This document shows positions 29,579 to 38,322 of a stretch of 53,499 nt of DNA, piece after piece (positions within the stretch are counted from its first letter, which is position 1; each line of letters starts with the position of its first letter). This DNA is from Candidatus Bathyarchaeota archaeon. GTDB lineage: Archaea; Thermoproteota; Bathyarchaeia; 40CM-2-53-6. The stretch is taken from positions 4,847 through 58,345 of the forward strand of contig VBBR01000036.1 in the NCBI GenBank assembly GCA_005881615.1, written 5' to 3'. Made by a program: the position numbers and the translations under genes. The notes below the pieces were generated by a model. That model was not told the DNA's origin and made no database searches. It was given only the letters and a program-made list of their open reading frames with translations.

Positions 29579-29775
29579 GAAACTATGGAAATACGCTCTG
29601 AAAATGCCCTCTTTCTGAGAAAGGTTCCAAATCGCGTTCCCGATCAGTATCTGAATCAACTATTCAGAAAGAATTTCTGAAACCTCTTTCGAAACTTGGT
29701 TGTTGAAACGACCTCTCTGAACCACTATTTGAAACGGGTCCCGGAATCCCTTCCTGGAAACCGTAACCGTAAATT
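29579..29775 (+). repeat. Phased array of GAAAC-like motifs, 12-14-bp spacing
   Basis: GAA starts at 29653, 29667, 29679, 29691, 29705, 29719, 29731, 29744, 29757; inverted repeat TTCAGAAA-GAA-TTTCTGAA at 29663-29681. Confidence 0.65.
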
Positions 29776-29836
29776 TTCCGGGCCCCCGGACCCCTACTCA
29801 ATTCTCGCCCGCGACAGCGAGGGAACGAAAGTATAG

Positions 29837-30187
29837 GGTTCTGTTAACTTATCGTTGGATAGGTTAACTTGCTCTCATCGACTCTAGGGATTACCGTCGT
29901 CGTCGGGTTCCATTTCACCGCTTCAACTGGGAGCCCTTCCGCCTCAAGCCCACTCAGGGTCTTTCTTGGCCTGGAACGGTCGAACCTCAACCGCCCCCAG
30001 AACAGGCACTAGGCCTATCATCTATTGTAAGCCTCTCTCACACCCGTAAGCCTCCTTCCAGGTCAATAGACCATTCACAGGCCTCTTGCACAGGCGCTCA
30101 TACACGACGACGCACCACCATACTCCCTCCGCAAAATAATAGTTTGAGGCCCGTGAAAGTACGATCCAGCGAAGAGTTAACAGAGCC
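29837..30187 (-). mobile_element. 351-bp MITE-like element, copy 2
   Basis: Ends GGTTCTGTTAACTT and GAGTTAACAGAGCC; 8-bp TSD AAGTATAG (29829-36, 30188-95). Confidence 0.92.
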
Positions 30188-30240
30188 AAGTATAGCAAGC
30201 GCTTATTACACGCGATTTTCCGCCAGTTCAACCGGTAACT

Positions 30241-30627
30241 ATGCCCGGTAAAGTAGTACATTTCGAGCTACCGGCCGACAACGTCGAACGCGCAAAGACC
30301 TTCTATGTGAAAGCCTTTGGATGGGAGATCAACCAGTACCCAGGAATGCAATACCACATGGTAGGCACCACACCATCAAACCAGCAGGGAATGCCCACAG
30401 AGCCCGGCGCCATCAACGGCGGAATGACCAAACGCCAAGACCCAAACAAGAACATCGTCATCACCATCGACGTCCCCGACATCGAAGCCTCACTCAAGAG
30501 CATCGAGAAACTAGGCGGCAAGACAGTCAAGAAGAAAGAAGCAGTCGCAGACATGGGCTTCACAGCCTACTTCAAGGACACCGAAGGAAACATCGTCGGA
30601 CTCTGGCAGAGCTCTCGTCGAATGTAG
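30241..30627 (+). CDS. VOC/glyoxalase family protein
   Basis: VVHFELPADNVERAKTFY..FGW; GAINGG; YFKDTEGN. Confidence 0.92.
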   Translation: MPGKVVHFELPADNVERAKTFYVKAFGWEINQYPGMQYHMVGTTPSNQQGMPTEPGAINGGMTKRQDPNKNIVITIDVPDIEASLKSIEKLGGKTVKKKEAVADMGFTAYFKDTEGNIVGLWQSSRRM

Positions 30628-30816
30628 AAACGAGATCCAGTATGTCGGCCCCCATTCTTTTTTTCGTCCAAGTTCAGCGAGCCAACGCTACTCCGCCCTT
30701 CCTATCGTTGAGCTAGCGCGAGGATTAACAGGTCCGACAGCTGGGAAGTGCGAGGCCTGAAATAACCGTTTAAAACCATTCTCGACAACTTCTAGAAGGG
30801 ATCGATTGATACCGCG

Positions 30817-31521
30817 TTGAAAGCGCAGCCAGCCGAGAGACACAAGCACATCCGCGCTAGAGGCTACATCGGAAGCTCGGCACTTGGAATATCGGACGGG
30901 CTTGTCACCAACCTCGCATTTCTGAGCGGATTTGCCGGAGCTACCGACAAACTACCGCTGATTCGTTTCGCCGGAATAGCCTCCATGCTCGCCGGGGCCA
31001 TCTCCATGTTTTTTGGAGGTTTCCTGGCCGAACGTTCTGAATACGAACTTTACGAGGCTGACGCCAAACGGGAAGCAGGCGAGATAGAACAGGAGCCTGA
31101 AGAGGAGAAGAGCGAGCTGAAAAATTTCTACGTCGCAAAGGGTCTCAGTCAGGACGAAGCGGGAAAAGTGGTTGAGAAAATAGCTTCTGACAAAGAGAAA
31201 TTCTTGGAAGACATATTGATCCACGAGCTACACGAGCACAGGACAAGGCTGGAAAACCCGTTCAAGATGGGCGGAGTGATAGGCCTCTCATTCCTAGTCG
31301 GTGCCCTGATACCCTTGGTTCCTTTCCTTCTTCTCGATTCGAGAGATAGCTCGATCCTTGCCGCAGCACTGATCTCCCCGTTGTTTCTATTTGCGGTCGG
31401 AGTGTGGAAGGGTCGGATTGTCGGCAGAAAATTATGGAAGAGCGGTCTGGAAACATTGTTCATAGGAGTTATTGCATCGGGGATCGTATACCTGATCGGA
31501 ACCGGTCTTGGTTTCGTCTAA
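30817..31521 (+). CDS. VIT1/CCC1 family Fe/Mn transporter
   Basis: LGISDGLVTN, AGAISM, Glu-rich metal-binding segment, SFLVGALIPLVP. Confidence 0.92.
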   Translation: MKAQPAERHKHIRARGYIGSSALGISDGLVTNLAFLSGFAGATDKLPLIRFAGIASMLAGAISMFFGGFLAERSEYELYEADAKREAGEIEQEPEEEKSELKNFYVAKGLSQDEAGKVVEKIASDKEKFLEDILIHELHEHRTRLENPFKMGGVIGLSFLVGALIPLVPFLLLDSRDSSILAAALISPLFLFAVGVWKGRIVGRKLWKSGLETLFIGVIASGIVYLIGTGLGFV

Positions 31522-31568
31522 ATGAGACCAAACAACGCCGACAAAGACGTTTCTGATGGTAAAGGAGG

Positions 31569-32855
31569 TTACCGGTGTTGTGGAATCTCTCGCTGTCCAT
31601 TCATGTAACTTTGCAGAACATGAGGTAACTCGATCGTTCCGTCACGTGTCTGGTTGTTTTCCATTATCGCCACAATGGCGCGCTCAGTGGCAACTAGAGT
31701 GCTGTTCAAGGTATGTGCGTATTTGGTGGGAAGGCTGGGCTTTTCCCTGAAACGAACCTTTGACCTGACAGCCTGGTAAGAGGTACAGTTACTGCACGAC
31801 ACTATCTCCCGATACTTTCCTTGTCCAGGCAACCACGCCTCAAGATCGTATTTTTTCGCGGCGACAGTCCCAAGGTCCCCTGTGCACACATTGACGACCC
31901 TGTGCGGGATCTTGAGATTTTGGAAGAACTCCTCAACGTTCCGCAACAACTCCTCATGAAGTTTCCAAGAATCCTCTGGTGTTGAGAAAATGAACATCTC
32001 GACTTTTTCGAACTGGTGGACTCGGAATATGCCCTTGGTGTCCCTCCCATGCGCTCCGGCCTCTTTTCGAAAGCATGGACTGATAGCGGCGTAGCGCAAT
32101 GGCAACGTCGATTGATCGATAATATCGTCATTATGAAGTGCCAGAAGAGCATGTTCAGCTGTCGGTATCAAGTATAGATCTTCCCCCTCGATCTTGTAGA
32201 TCACGTCCTCGAAATCGGTGAGGGGAACCGCTCCAGCTATGATGTCGCGTCGGAGGAAGTATGGAGGCTGGTAGAGCTCAAACCCTTTCTTCTTAACGAA
32301 ATCTAGTCCGTACTGGATGAGTGCGTGGTTCAGCCGGACGAGATCTTGTCTCAGATAATAGAACCGTGCCCCAGCAACACGGCTGGCTTTCTCAACATCG
32401 ATGAGCCCATGTTTGAGTCCCAGATCGATGTGGTCGAGAGTCTTGAAATCAAACTTTGGAATAGTGCCCCATTTTCTCAATTCTACATTGTCGTCTTCGT
32501 CTTTTCCAAAGGGCACGCTATCGTGGATGATGTTGGGAAGGTTCAAGAGAATATTATCGATCTTCTCTCTTTCCGCATCGATTCCTGCTTCGAGACTTTT
32601 GACCTTCTCCGGGACTGCCTCGGCTTCTCTCATTAGTTCCGTGGCATCGTGTTTCTTTTTTCTCGCCTCCGCGATTGCCGCGGTGACCTCGTTCCGTCTC
32701 TTCCTCAGCTGATCGGCCTCCGCCTGAGCCTGCCGCCATTCAGCGTCCAGCTTCAGCAACAAGTCCACCTGGCCCACCTTCTCGGTCAAGCCTCTCTTTC
32801 GCAGGCTCTCTTTCACCACCTCCGGGCTCTCTCTCACGAGCTTGATGTCCAGCAA
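31569..32855 (-). CDS. serS: Seryl-tRNA synthetase
   Basis: MLDIKLVRE, LIPTAEH, FRKEAG, FRVHQFEKVE, EIVSCSNC, HTLNST. Confidence 0.97.
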   Translation of the reverse strand: MLDIKLVRESPEVVKESLRKRGLTEKVGQVDLLLKLDAEWRQAQAEADQLRKRRNEVTAAIAEARKKKHDATELMREAEAVPEKVKSLEAGIDAEREKIDNILLNLPNIIHDSVPFGKDEDDNVELRKWGTIPKFDFKTLDHIDLGLKHGLIDVEKASRVAGARFYYLRQDLVRLNHALIQYGLDFVKKKGFELYQPPYFLRRDIIAGAVPLTDFEDVIYKIEGEDLYLIPTAEHALLALHNDDIIDQSTLPLRYAAISPCFRKEAGAHGRDTKGIFRVHQFEKVEMFIFSTPEDSWKLHEELLRNVEEFFQNLKIPHRVVNVCTGDLGTVAAKKYDLEAWLPGQGKYREIVSCSNCTSYQAVRSKVRFREKPSLPTKYAHTLNSTLVATERAIVAIMENNQTRDGTIELPHVLQSYMNGQREIPQHR

Positions 32856-32957
32856 AACAGGTTCGCGTCAAGAATCATCCAGTCGGTAAAAAACCAATGT
32901 TCCCCTTCGACGTGCCAAGACTTTTCAAGGCCCAAGACCCTCTCGGAGACTCCAGTC

Positions 32958-33833
32958 TTGGAGTTACACCAGCACGACGTAGTCTATTTCGGAGTAGTCA
33001 ACCTCATCGATAACGGCAACGTCATGGGCACGATCGACGTCTGGAAATGCAGATCATGCCCACAGACATTCTGCGAAGACAAACGTTTCGGCATGATCGA
33101 CCTTGCCCCAGAAGTTGGACTCCCAAAAATAGAACCTGGCTCAAAATGGGCCGCCCTAATCTGCACGAGAAACACCGGCTCGAACTGGACCCTTATCCAG
33201 ACAAGACCTGGCGCAATAGTCCAGCACTCTTGCACGCCTGACACAAAACTCGAACTCACCGTTGGACCCGATTATTCGATAGAAGCCGGTCCCGCCTCTG
33301 GCATAGGCCAGCACAGAATCATCCTGGTGGAAAACTTCGTCAACGCACCAGTCGACGTGATAACGGGGAAGAAGCATCTTGGAACAACCAACGCCAACCA
33401 AGCACTCGGAAAACCATTCTCTTTCACACCTCCATTGTCCGCAGCTGTGATCTCGCCATCTAGATACAATGTTCTCAACCTAACAAGCGTATTGTTCATG
33501 ATCTCAGCAGTCTGGCTTGGGTTGATCGCTTCGCTCAACCTCCGCACCCCTGCAATTTCTGGCCTCTTCGCAATCCTCGCCCTGGCAACCGTTGTGGCAG
33601 GGGTCTTTCTCCGTAAGCCCAAACTCTGGCCCGCTACCTTGGGTTTAGCCACAGTTGCAATCGCGTTCGTTACTCAACTATCAATCCAGTTTGGCAGCGG
33701 GCTCACCGCGAGCGCGACAGCGCTGGACATCTTTCTGGCCACGTCCGTTATCACCGGCTGGTTGTCGTGGTCACGCGTTAGGGGTCTGAGAGCAAAACAG
33801 TGGCACCCGCTAGACATGCCAGCATACGGCTGA
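32958..33833 (+). CDS. Hypothetical protein with Cys-containing N-domain and C-terminal TM bundle
   Basis: Probable TTG start at 32958 (the longer ORF overlaps serS antisense); CRSC motif; 4 TM helices. Confidence 0.7.
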   Translation: MELHQHDVVYFGVVNLIDNGNVMGTIDVWKCRSCPQTFCEDKRFGMIDLAPEVGLPKIEPGSKWAALICTRNTGSNWTLIQTRPGAIVQHSCTPDTKLELTVGPDYSIEAGPASGIGQHRIILVENFVNAPVDVITGKKHLGTTNANQALGKPFSFTPPLSAAVISPSRYNVLNLTSVLFMISAVWLGLIASLNLRTPAISGLFAILALATVVAGVFLRKPKLWPATLGLATVAIAFVTQLSIQFGSGLTASATALDIFLATSVITGWLSWSRVRGLRAKQWHPLDMPAYG

Positions 33834-33839
33834 TCACAA

Positions 33840-34178
33840 ATGAACGCTCAGAATCCGTTCCGGAAAGCCGAGGAAGCCCAGCTACAATATGAAATCGACG
33901 TGTTCATCGACGAGATGGGCGACGCGAGCGGCGTCGGCGGCGGAGTCGCCAACTTCCTAACAGGCTACGCGATATACAAAGGCGAAAAATTCCCCTTCGA
34001 AGCCGTCGCCTACGGACGCATAGGCGGACAAAACGTCAGCCCCATCCTTCAACCAGAAGCCATCAAGAGACTCGAAGAGCTCGGGGTGGACCTCGAACTT
34101 TTCACGGCACGATTACAGAGAAAAATGGTTGAAGGAGAGATGACATTGAACATTCCCGAGGGAACGTCTTCACCATAA
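33840..34178 (+). CDS. Hypothetical protein
   Basis: 112-aa ORF a few bp downstream of the previous gene. Confidence 0.7.
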   Translation: MNAQNPFRKAEEAQLQYEIDVFIDEMGDASGVGGGVANFLTGYAIYKGEKFPFEAVAYGRIGGQNVSPILQPEAIKRLEELGVDLELFTARLQRKMVEGEMTLNIPEGTSSP

Positions 34179-34235
34179 TAGACACCTATAGGTATGTCAG
34201 ACCCACCATCTGGCGAGCCTGTTTGATGGAACGCA

Positions 34236-34397
34236 CTAGGAATTGATCGTTACTAGCTTCTCGCCGAAATAGTACGCCTTCAGATTACAGAACTCGCACC
34301 AAGCGCCAACCCTATTGTCAGTCTGGTCCGAGAAGTAAACGTTCAACCGCGCACGCCCACAGCGTGGACATTCATTGCTCACAACCTTCTCCAACAC
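34236..34397 (-). CDS. Small Zn-ribbon protein
   Basis: CPRCG...WCEFC. Confidence 0.6.
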   Translation of the reverse strand: MLEKVVSNECPRCGRARLNVYFSDQTDNRVGAWCEFCNLKAYYFGEKLVTINS

Positions 34398-34654
34398 TAT
34401 TACCGTGAGTCTACAGCCCCCGGCATGTATTATCCAGGAGATGACGCCAAAAGTGAAACTGGGAAGCATCCCGATGGCTTTTCGGTCTTGACCCTCGTCA
34501 AGCGCTAAGCTCAGCAAAACCCAGGGTTATCGAGAGGAAGATTCGGCGGAAACCCGTGTTCCCTATTTAAAGCGGGTGTTACCAGAGTGTTCCGGGATTG
34601 GTTACAACCGGCGGATTACTCCTTCACGCAATCTTCTTCCTGACGGTTGGACGA

Positions 34655-34792
34655 ATGAGCCAGTGCATCGTAATCTGTCCCTCCTGCGAGCGAGAAATAT
34701 TAAGCGATAACCAGGTCCGGAGAACCCCAAGAGGGAGGGTCATCTGTGAACAGTGCGCCCTAGACACCTACCTGGACGTTCCGTTAGCGTGA
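34655..34792 (+). CDS. Small Zn-finger protein
   Basis: CPSCE...ICEQC; TATTTAAA upstream near 34564. Confidence 0.55.
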   Translation: MSQCIVICPSCEREILSDNQVRRTPRGRVICEQCALDTYLDVPLA

Positions 34793-34808
34793 GGAGAAGA
34801 ACGAAACC

Positions 34809-35390
34809 ATGCACCCTGTTATCTTCAAGAACCTTGGCAGGCAAGTGGGCAGCAGTCTTGCAGGGCTGATGGCAGTTTTTCGAGTCAGACATCAGACTCC
34901 AAAAACAATGCCGATGCTCGCGGTACGAAAACCAAGAAAGGCATCGCCAGCCCGTCGTCGAAGAAGTTCAACTCGTCCCAGTAGAAGACGGAACAATATC
35001 GGTTTAACTCGAACGCCTCGAAAGGCAAAGATGAAAACGCCTCGCGCAGCACCCGAACCAATCAAGACCCCCGACACTCCCGCGGCACAGGTGGCGCCTT
35101 TCAATACTTGTCCGTCTTGCGGACTGCAGGCTCCGGAATCATTACTGGCGGAGCACTTTATGGGCAGCCCCTCTCACAAGAGTGGCCCTCCGAAAATTGT
35201 CGAGGCTGACCCCGTTGAGGTTGAGGCGGGCGAGGAAACCAAGGAGGACGATTCAAGGCAGTCGTTGAGAAACCTGTTGCAGATGCTAGTTCCCCCAAGA
35301 GCGTTTGGCCGTCGTCATGCTCACAGATCGATGGGCCCAATCTCCTCGATTGTCAAAGACTTGGGCCTGCCGCACAGGCGCCTTCCATAA
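34809..35390 (+). CDS. Basic protein with a C2H2-like Zn finger
   Basis: Arg-rich N-half; CPSCG..LAEHFMGSPSH. Confidence 0.55.
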   Translation: MHPVIFKNLGRQVGSSLAGLMAVFRVRHQTPKTMPMLAVRKPRKASPARRRRSSTRPSRRRNNIGLTRTPRKAKMKTPRAAPEPIKTPDTPAAQVAPFNTCPSCGLQAPESLLAEHFMGSPSHKSGPPKIVEADPVEVEAGEETKEDDSRQSLRNLLQMLVPPRAFGRRHAHRSMGPISSIVKDLGLPHRRLP

Positions 35391-35821
35391 CCACAACACC
35401 CCTATCCTTCTTGGAGGAGGTATGACCCAGAATAAGCCCCCAATGGCGAATCCGGGATCATGGATCCAAACCTGCCTGAGAATCGTTGGAGACTGGCTCT
35501 AGACCTACCGTCTTTTCGCCATCACGTCCAAGGCCATACTGACTCCTGAATCGCAAGATTCCCCCATTATAGTTGTGACAGAAGATTCTCCCTAGAAAAA
35601 GAAGGTGGGGATAAGAGCACAGCATCTTCCATGCTGGAAACATGGATAATCGCTGATCGATCTAAGCCCAGATTGTGCTTTTGATCCTTGTCTCGCCCAT
35701 TATCAGTGCCAGACAGGAAATGTTCCAGGAAAAATAAGGGGTCTTAGCGACCGAGTCTCGCGCCGCATGGGTGCTTTCTCCGCTTCTTTCAGGCTGGACG
35801 AATTCTTGAAGCGCGGATTTC

Positions 35822-37066
35822 CTAGTGTGGAATCTCGAGAGGTACCAGAGTTGGCTCCGGCTTTGGAAAAGCAGTCTGATGCCTCAGATAGGCGGATGGA
35901 TCCCGTAGCCGTTTCTTCTCACACAGTTTCTCGAGGAACTTTATCCCTTTACCAACCGGATCGAGCGGTTTCATGTCCAGGTATCCGGATTCCACCGCGC
36001 CCCTCAGTATCTCGTCTCCCCTCGGGCTTCTCGTGATGACCGTGCTCCAGCCAGGAGAGGATCCTATCGCACCGACCGCAATGTCAGCTAGTTCAGCCGA
36101 GTAGTCAACGCAGACATTACATTCTTCACGCGCGGCACCGGCAAGGGCTTCAACTGGCTCGTCGATGGCGAGCTTGTCGCCCGTGTAGACGAGAAGCCTG
36201 TTTCTCTTGATGTTCACCTTGGTAACGTTGCTGAGGTCTATTCCCCTCTTGCCCTGGACATAGTCGACCATCATCTTCTGATAATCAAAGACTTTAGAAC
36301 AGAAGAGGCCGATCGTAAAAACGAGATTTCTCGCGAGCTTTGGCGCGGCTATCCAGTGAGTGCCCATCCGCCAGCTTCCCTGAAGCTCACAAGGGAGGCC
36401 GACGAGAGCGATGCGTTCTTCCTGGAAGTTGACGACCGACCGGTTAGGAATGGCTACCTCAGCGAGCCCTCCCACTTGCCCTCCTGGCGTGTATCTAGAT
36501 CCGGCGTGGTTCAACAAGTCCTCTTTTGTCCGCGCGATCTGAGGCTCGGGCCGCCAAGGCTTGTCCGAGGTTAGGCCAGAGTTGACAGCGTAATCGATGA
36601 TCTTCCGGTCCAACGCGTATAACAAGAGAGAGGTCACCGCACCACCATCCTGGGCTCGCTTGACTACGTCGGGATCTTTCGACTTGACCGAGTACGCTCC
36701 GACGTGGATTCCGAGAATTGCCTCCTCGGCTGTTCTCGCTCTTCCGAATACCTGTTGCTCTATCTCCGCGACAGGCAGTTCAATCCTAGGGCAGCTGTAG
36801 TAGCAGACTTGGCAGGCAGCACACGTGCCCCGCATGACCGGTTCCTCCTTTTCGCTGTGAAAGAGAATATCGATCGGACAAGACGCGATGCAGGCTCCGC
36901 AGTACATGCAGAGGTTCTTGTTCACAACCTCCTGGATGAGATTGCCGAAGATCTTGAGCTTTATCGGCCGCGCTTTCCAGCCTTCACCCTCAACAGTAGA
37001 CTTTAGCGGCACAATCTGAGGAGCGGCTACCGGTGTTGCTGGTTTCGGCGCGGTCTGACCTGACAA
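35822..37066 (-). CDS. fpoF: F420H2 dehydrogenase subunit F / FrhB-family F420-binding subunit
   Basis: CMYCGACIASCP, CAACQVCYYSCP, AQDGGAVT, VGLPCE, IGLFC, CNVCVDYSAELADI, GWSTVITR. Confidence 0.8.
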   Translation of the reverse strand: MSGQTAPKPATPVAAPQIVPLKSTVEGEGWKARPIKLKIFGNLIQEVVNKNLCMYCGACIASCPIDILFHSEKEEPVMRGTCAACQVCYYSCPRIELPVAEIEQQVFGRARTAEEAILGIHVGAYSVKSKDPDVVKRAQDGGAVTSLLLYALDRKIIDYAVNSGLTSDKPWRPEPQIARTKEDLLNHAGSRYTPGGQVGGLAEVAIPNRSVVNFQEERIALVGLPCELQGSWRMGTHWIAAPKLARNLVFTIGLFCSKVFDYQKMMVDYVQGKRGIDLSNVTKVNIKRNRLLVYTGDKLAIDEPVEALAGAAREECNVCVDYSAELADIAVGAIGSSPGWSTVITRSPRGDEILRGAVESGYLDMKPLDPVGKGIKFLEKLCEKKRLRDPSAYLRHQTAFPKPEPTLVPLEIPH

Positions 37067-37069
37067 TGT

Positions 37070-37387
37070 CTATTCCTCCTTCTGGGGCACCTGGGACGCG
37101 CCCCCAATAGTGTCAACGCTGAAAACATACTTGTCGTCCTTCTTTACCGGAGGCTTGGAAAGTCTCTCCGGACTCCACACAAGCCGATCACGCGTATACT
37201 CCGCAATATCATACTCCACCGTCTCCTCCAATGCATATTCTGGACAATAGTCTGTGCAGTTGTGGGCTATCACATTTCCCGCCACGTAGGACTCATCTTC
37301 CTCAACCGAAAGATTCACAACAGGCTGATCAAGAACTTCGACTGACGATATTTTCTCGACCGGCGCGTAGACATAATCTCTGTCCAT
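37070..37387 (-). CDS. nuoI: Intein C-terminal part (43 aa, ending AHN) plus NuoI C-extein (CTDYCPEYAL...)
   Basis: VVNLSVEEDESYVAGNVIAHN|C is intein blocks F/G; the rest completes the second 4Fe-4S motif. Confidence 0.85.
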   Translation of the reverse strand: MDRDYVYAPVEKISSVEVLDQPVVNLSVEEDESYVAGNVIAHNCTDYCPEYALEETVEYDIAEYTRDRLVWSPERLSKPPVKKDDKYVFSVDTIGGASQVPQKEE

Positions 37388-38322
37388 TTCAAAGCGAGAG
37401 AAACAAAACGGCCTCGAACTGTCACCACATAGTTTGGTTTCCGATTAGCGTGGTTGGCAAGTGCAACCTGGCCAACGATTCGTGCCCGGAAGAGGAGTTG
37501 TTGCAGTTGAAAGGCGAGAGTCTTGGAAATCGTTGTGTACTCGAAGAACGTTAAACGATTGCCCCTAGTTGGCATGCGAAGATATCCGTCGCCTCTCCAT
37601 GTTCCTCGTATGAGCTCTCGCTGCTTCTCGGTCGGCGCAAACATGACCCAATCTGGAAGTTTCTTGTTTTCAGAGCCCCGGCCAAAGGTCTCGAAGAATT
37701 GAAGGGCAACTACGGAGTGTAAGAGGACATGGGTCGAATTGTGTATTGTTGACCTCCTCGTTACATGGCCAAAATGTTTTTCCAGGAGTCGGGCCGAGTC
37801 GGCAATGTATTCTTTCTCGTGTTCGCCAAAGGCGAAGCCAACAGTTCTCCTTACAACGTAGCCTTCTGCGAGGTAGTAACCGATTAGCCTGAACAAATCA
37901 GGCTCCGTTATCAGGCTCAGCTTGCTTCTGAGACGTTTTCCTGTGCTGGGCTGACCAACCTCGATCTCCTGTTCATAAACGCCGGTGTCCCGGACCTCCT
38001 TTGCGATAGGGATTGTAAGGTAGTCGCCCCGTTTGAGTTCGAGGGGTGTCTTCCAGACGGGGGGACATGGTTTCTTTTCGAGTCTTAGCTTCTTGACGAT
38101 GTCGCTGGAAGAGACTAGGAGGGGATGATCTTGCGTGACCTTAAGCGGGAAAGGCGCTCCCAACGGCTTGATGCTGTAGAGTCTTCCTGAGTAGTTTCGG
38201 GTAAAGACCTTGCGCACTCGCCGGTAGTGCCCAGTATGCGTTAAGACCCGGTCTCCGGGCTGTATTTGGCCTATGGGTGAGACAGACGGGTTCGTCGTGA
38301 CAAGTGTATCGGGAGTTACACA
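37259..38322 (-). mobile_element. Intein with homing endonuclease, inserted in nuoI
   Basis: Cys1 codon at 38322, His-Asn ending at 37259, +1 residue Cys. Confidence 0.9.

Noticed and set aside
29579-29775. CRISPR array
   Set aside because: Units are about 13 bp with no 25-40-bp repeats or spacers, and no cas genes are present
22456-30187. Composite transposon carrying tes and elf1 between the two repeats
   Set aside because: Each copy has its own TSD, which indicates independent insertions; the enclosed genes include core functions
30022-30261. 79-aa ORF as a MITE-encoded protein
   Set aside because: It crosses the element boundary and overlaps the VOC gene start; it has no equivalent start in copy 1
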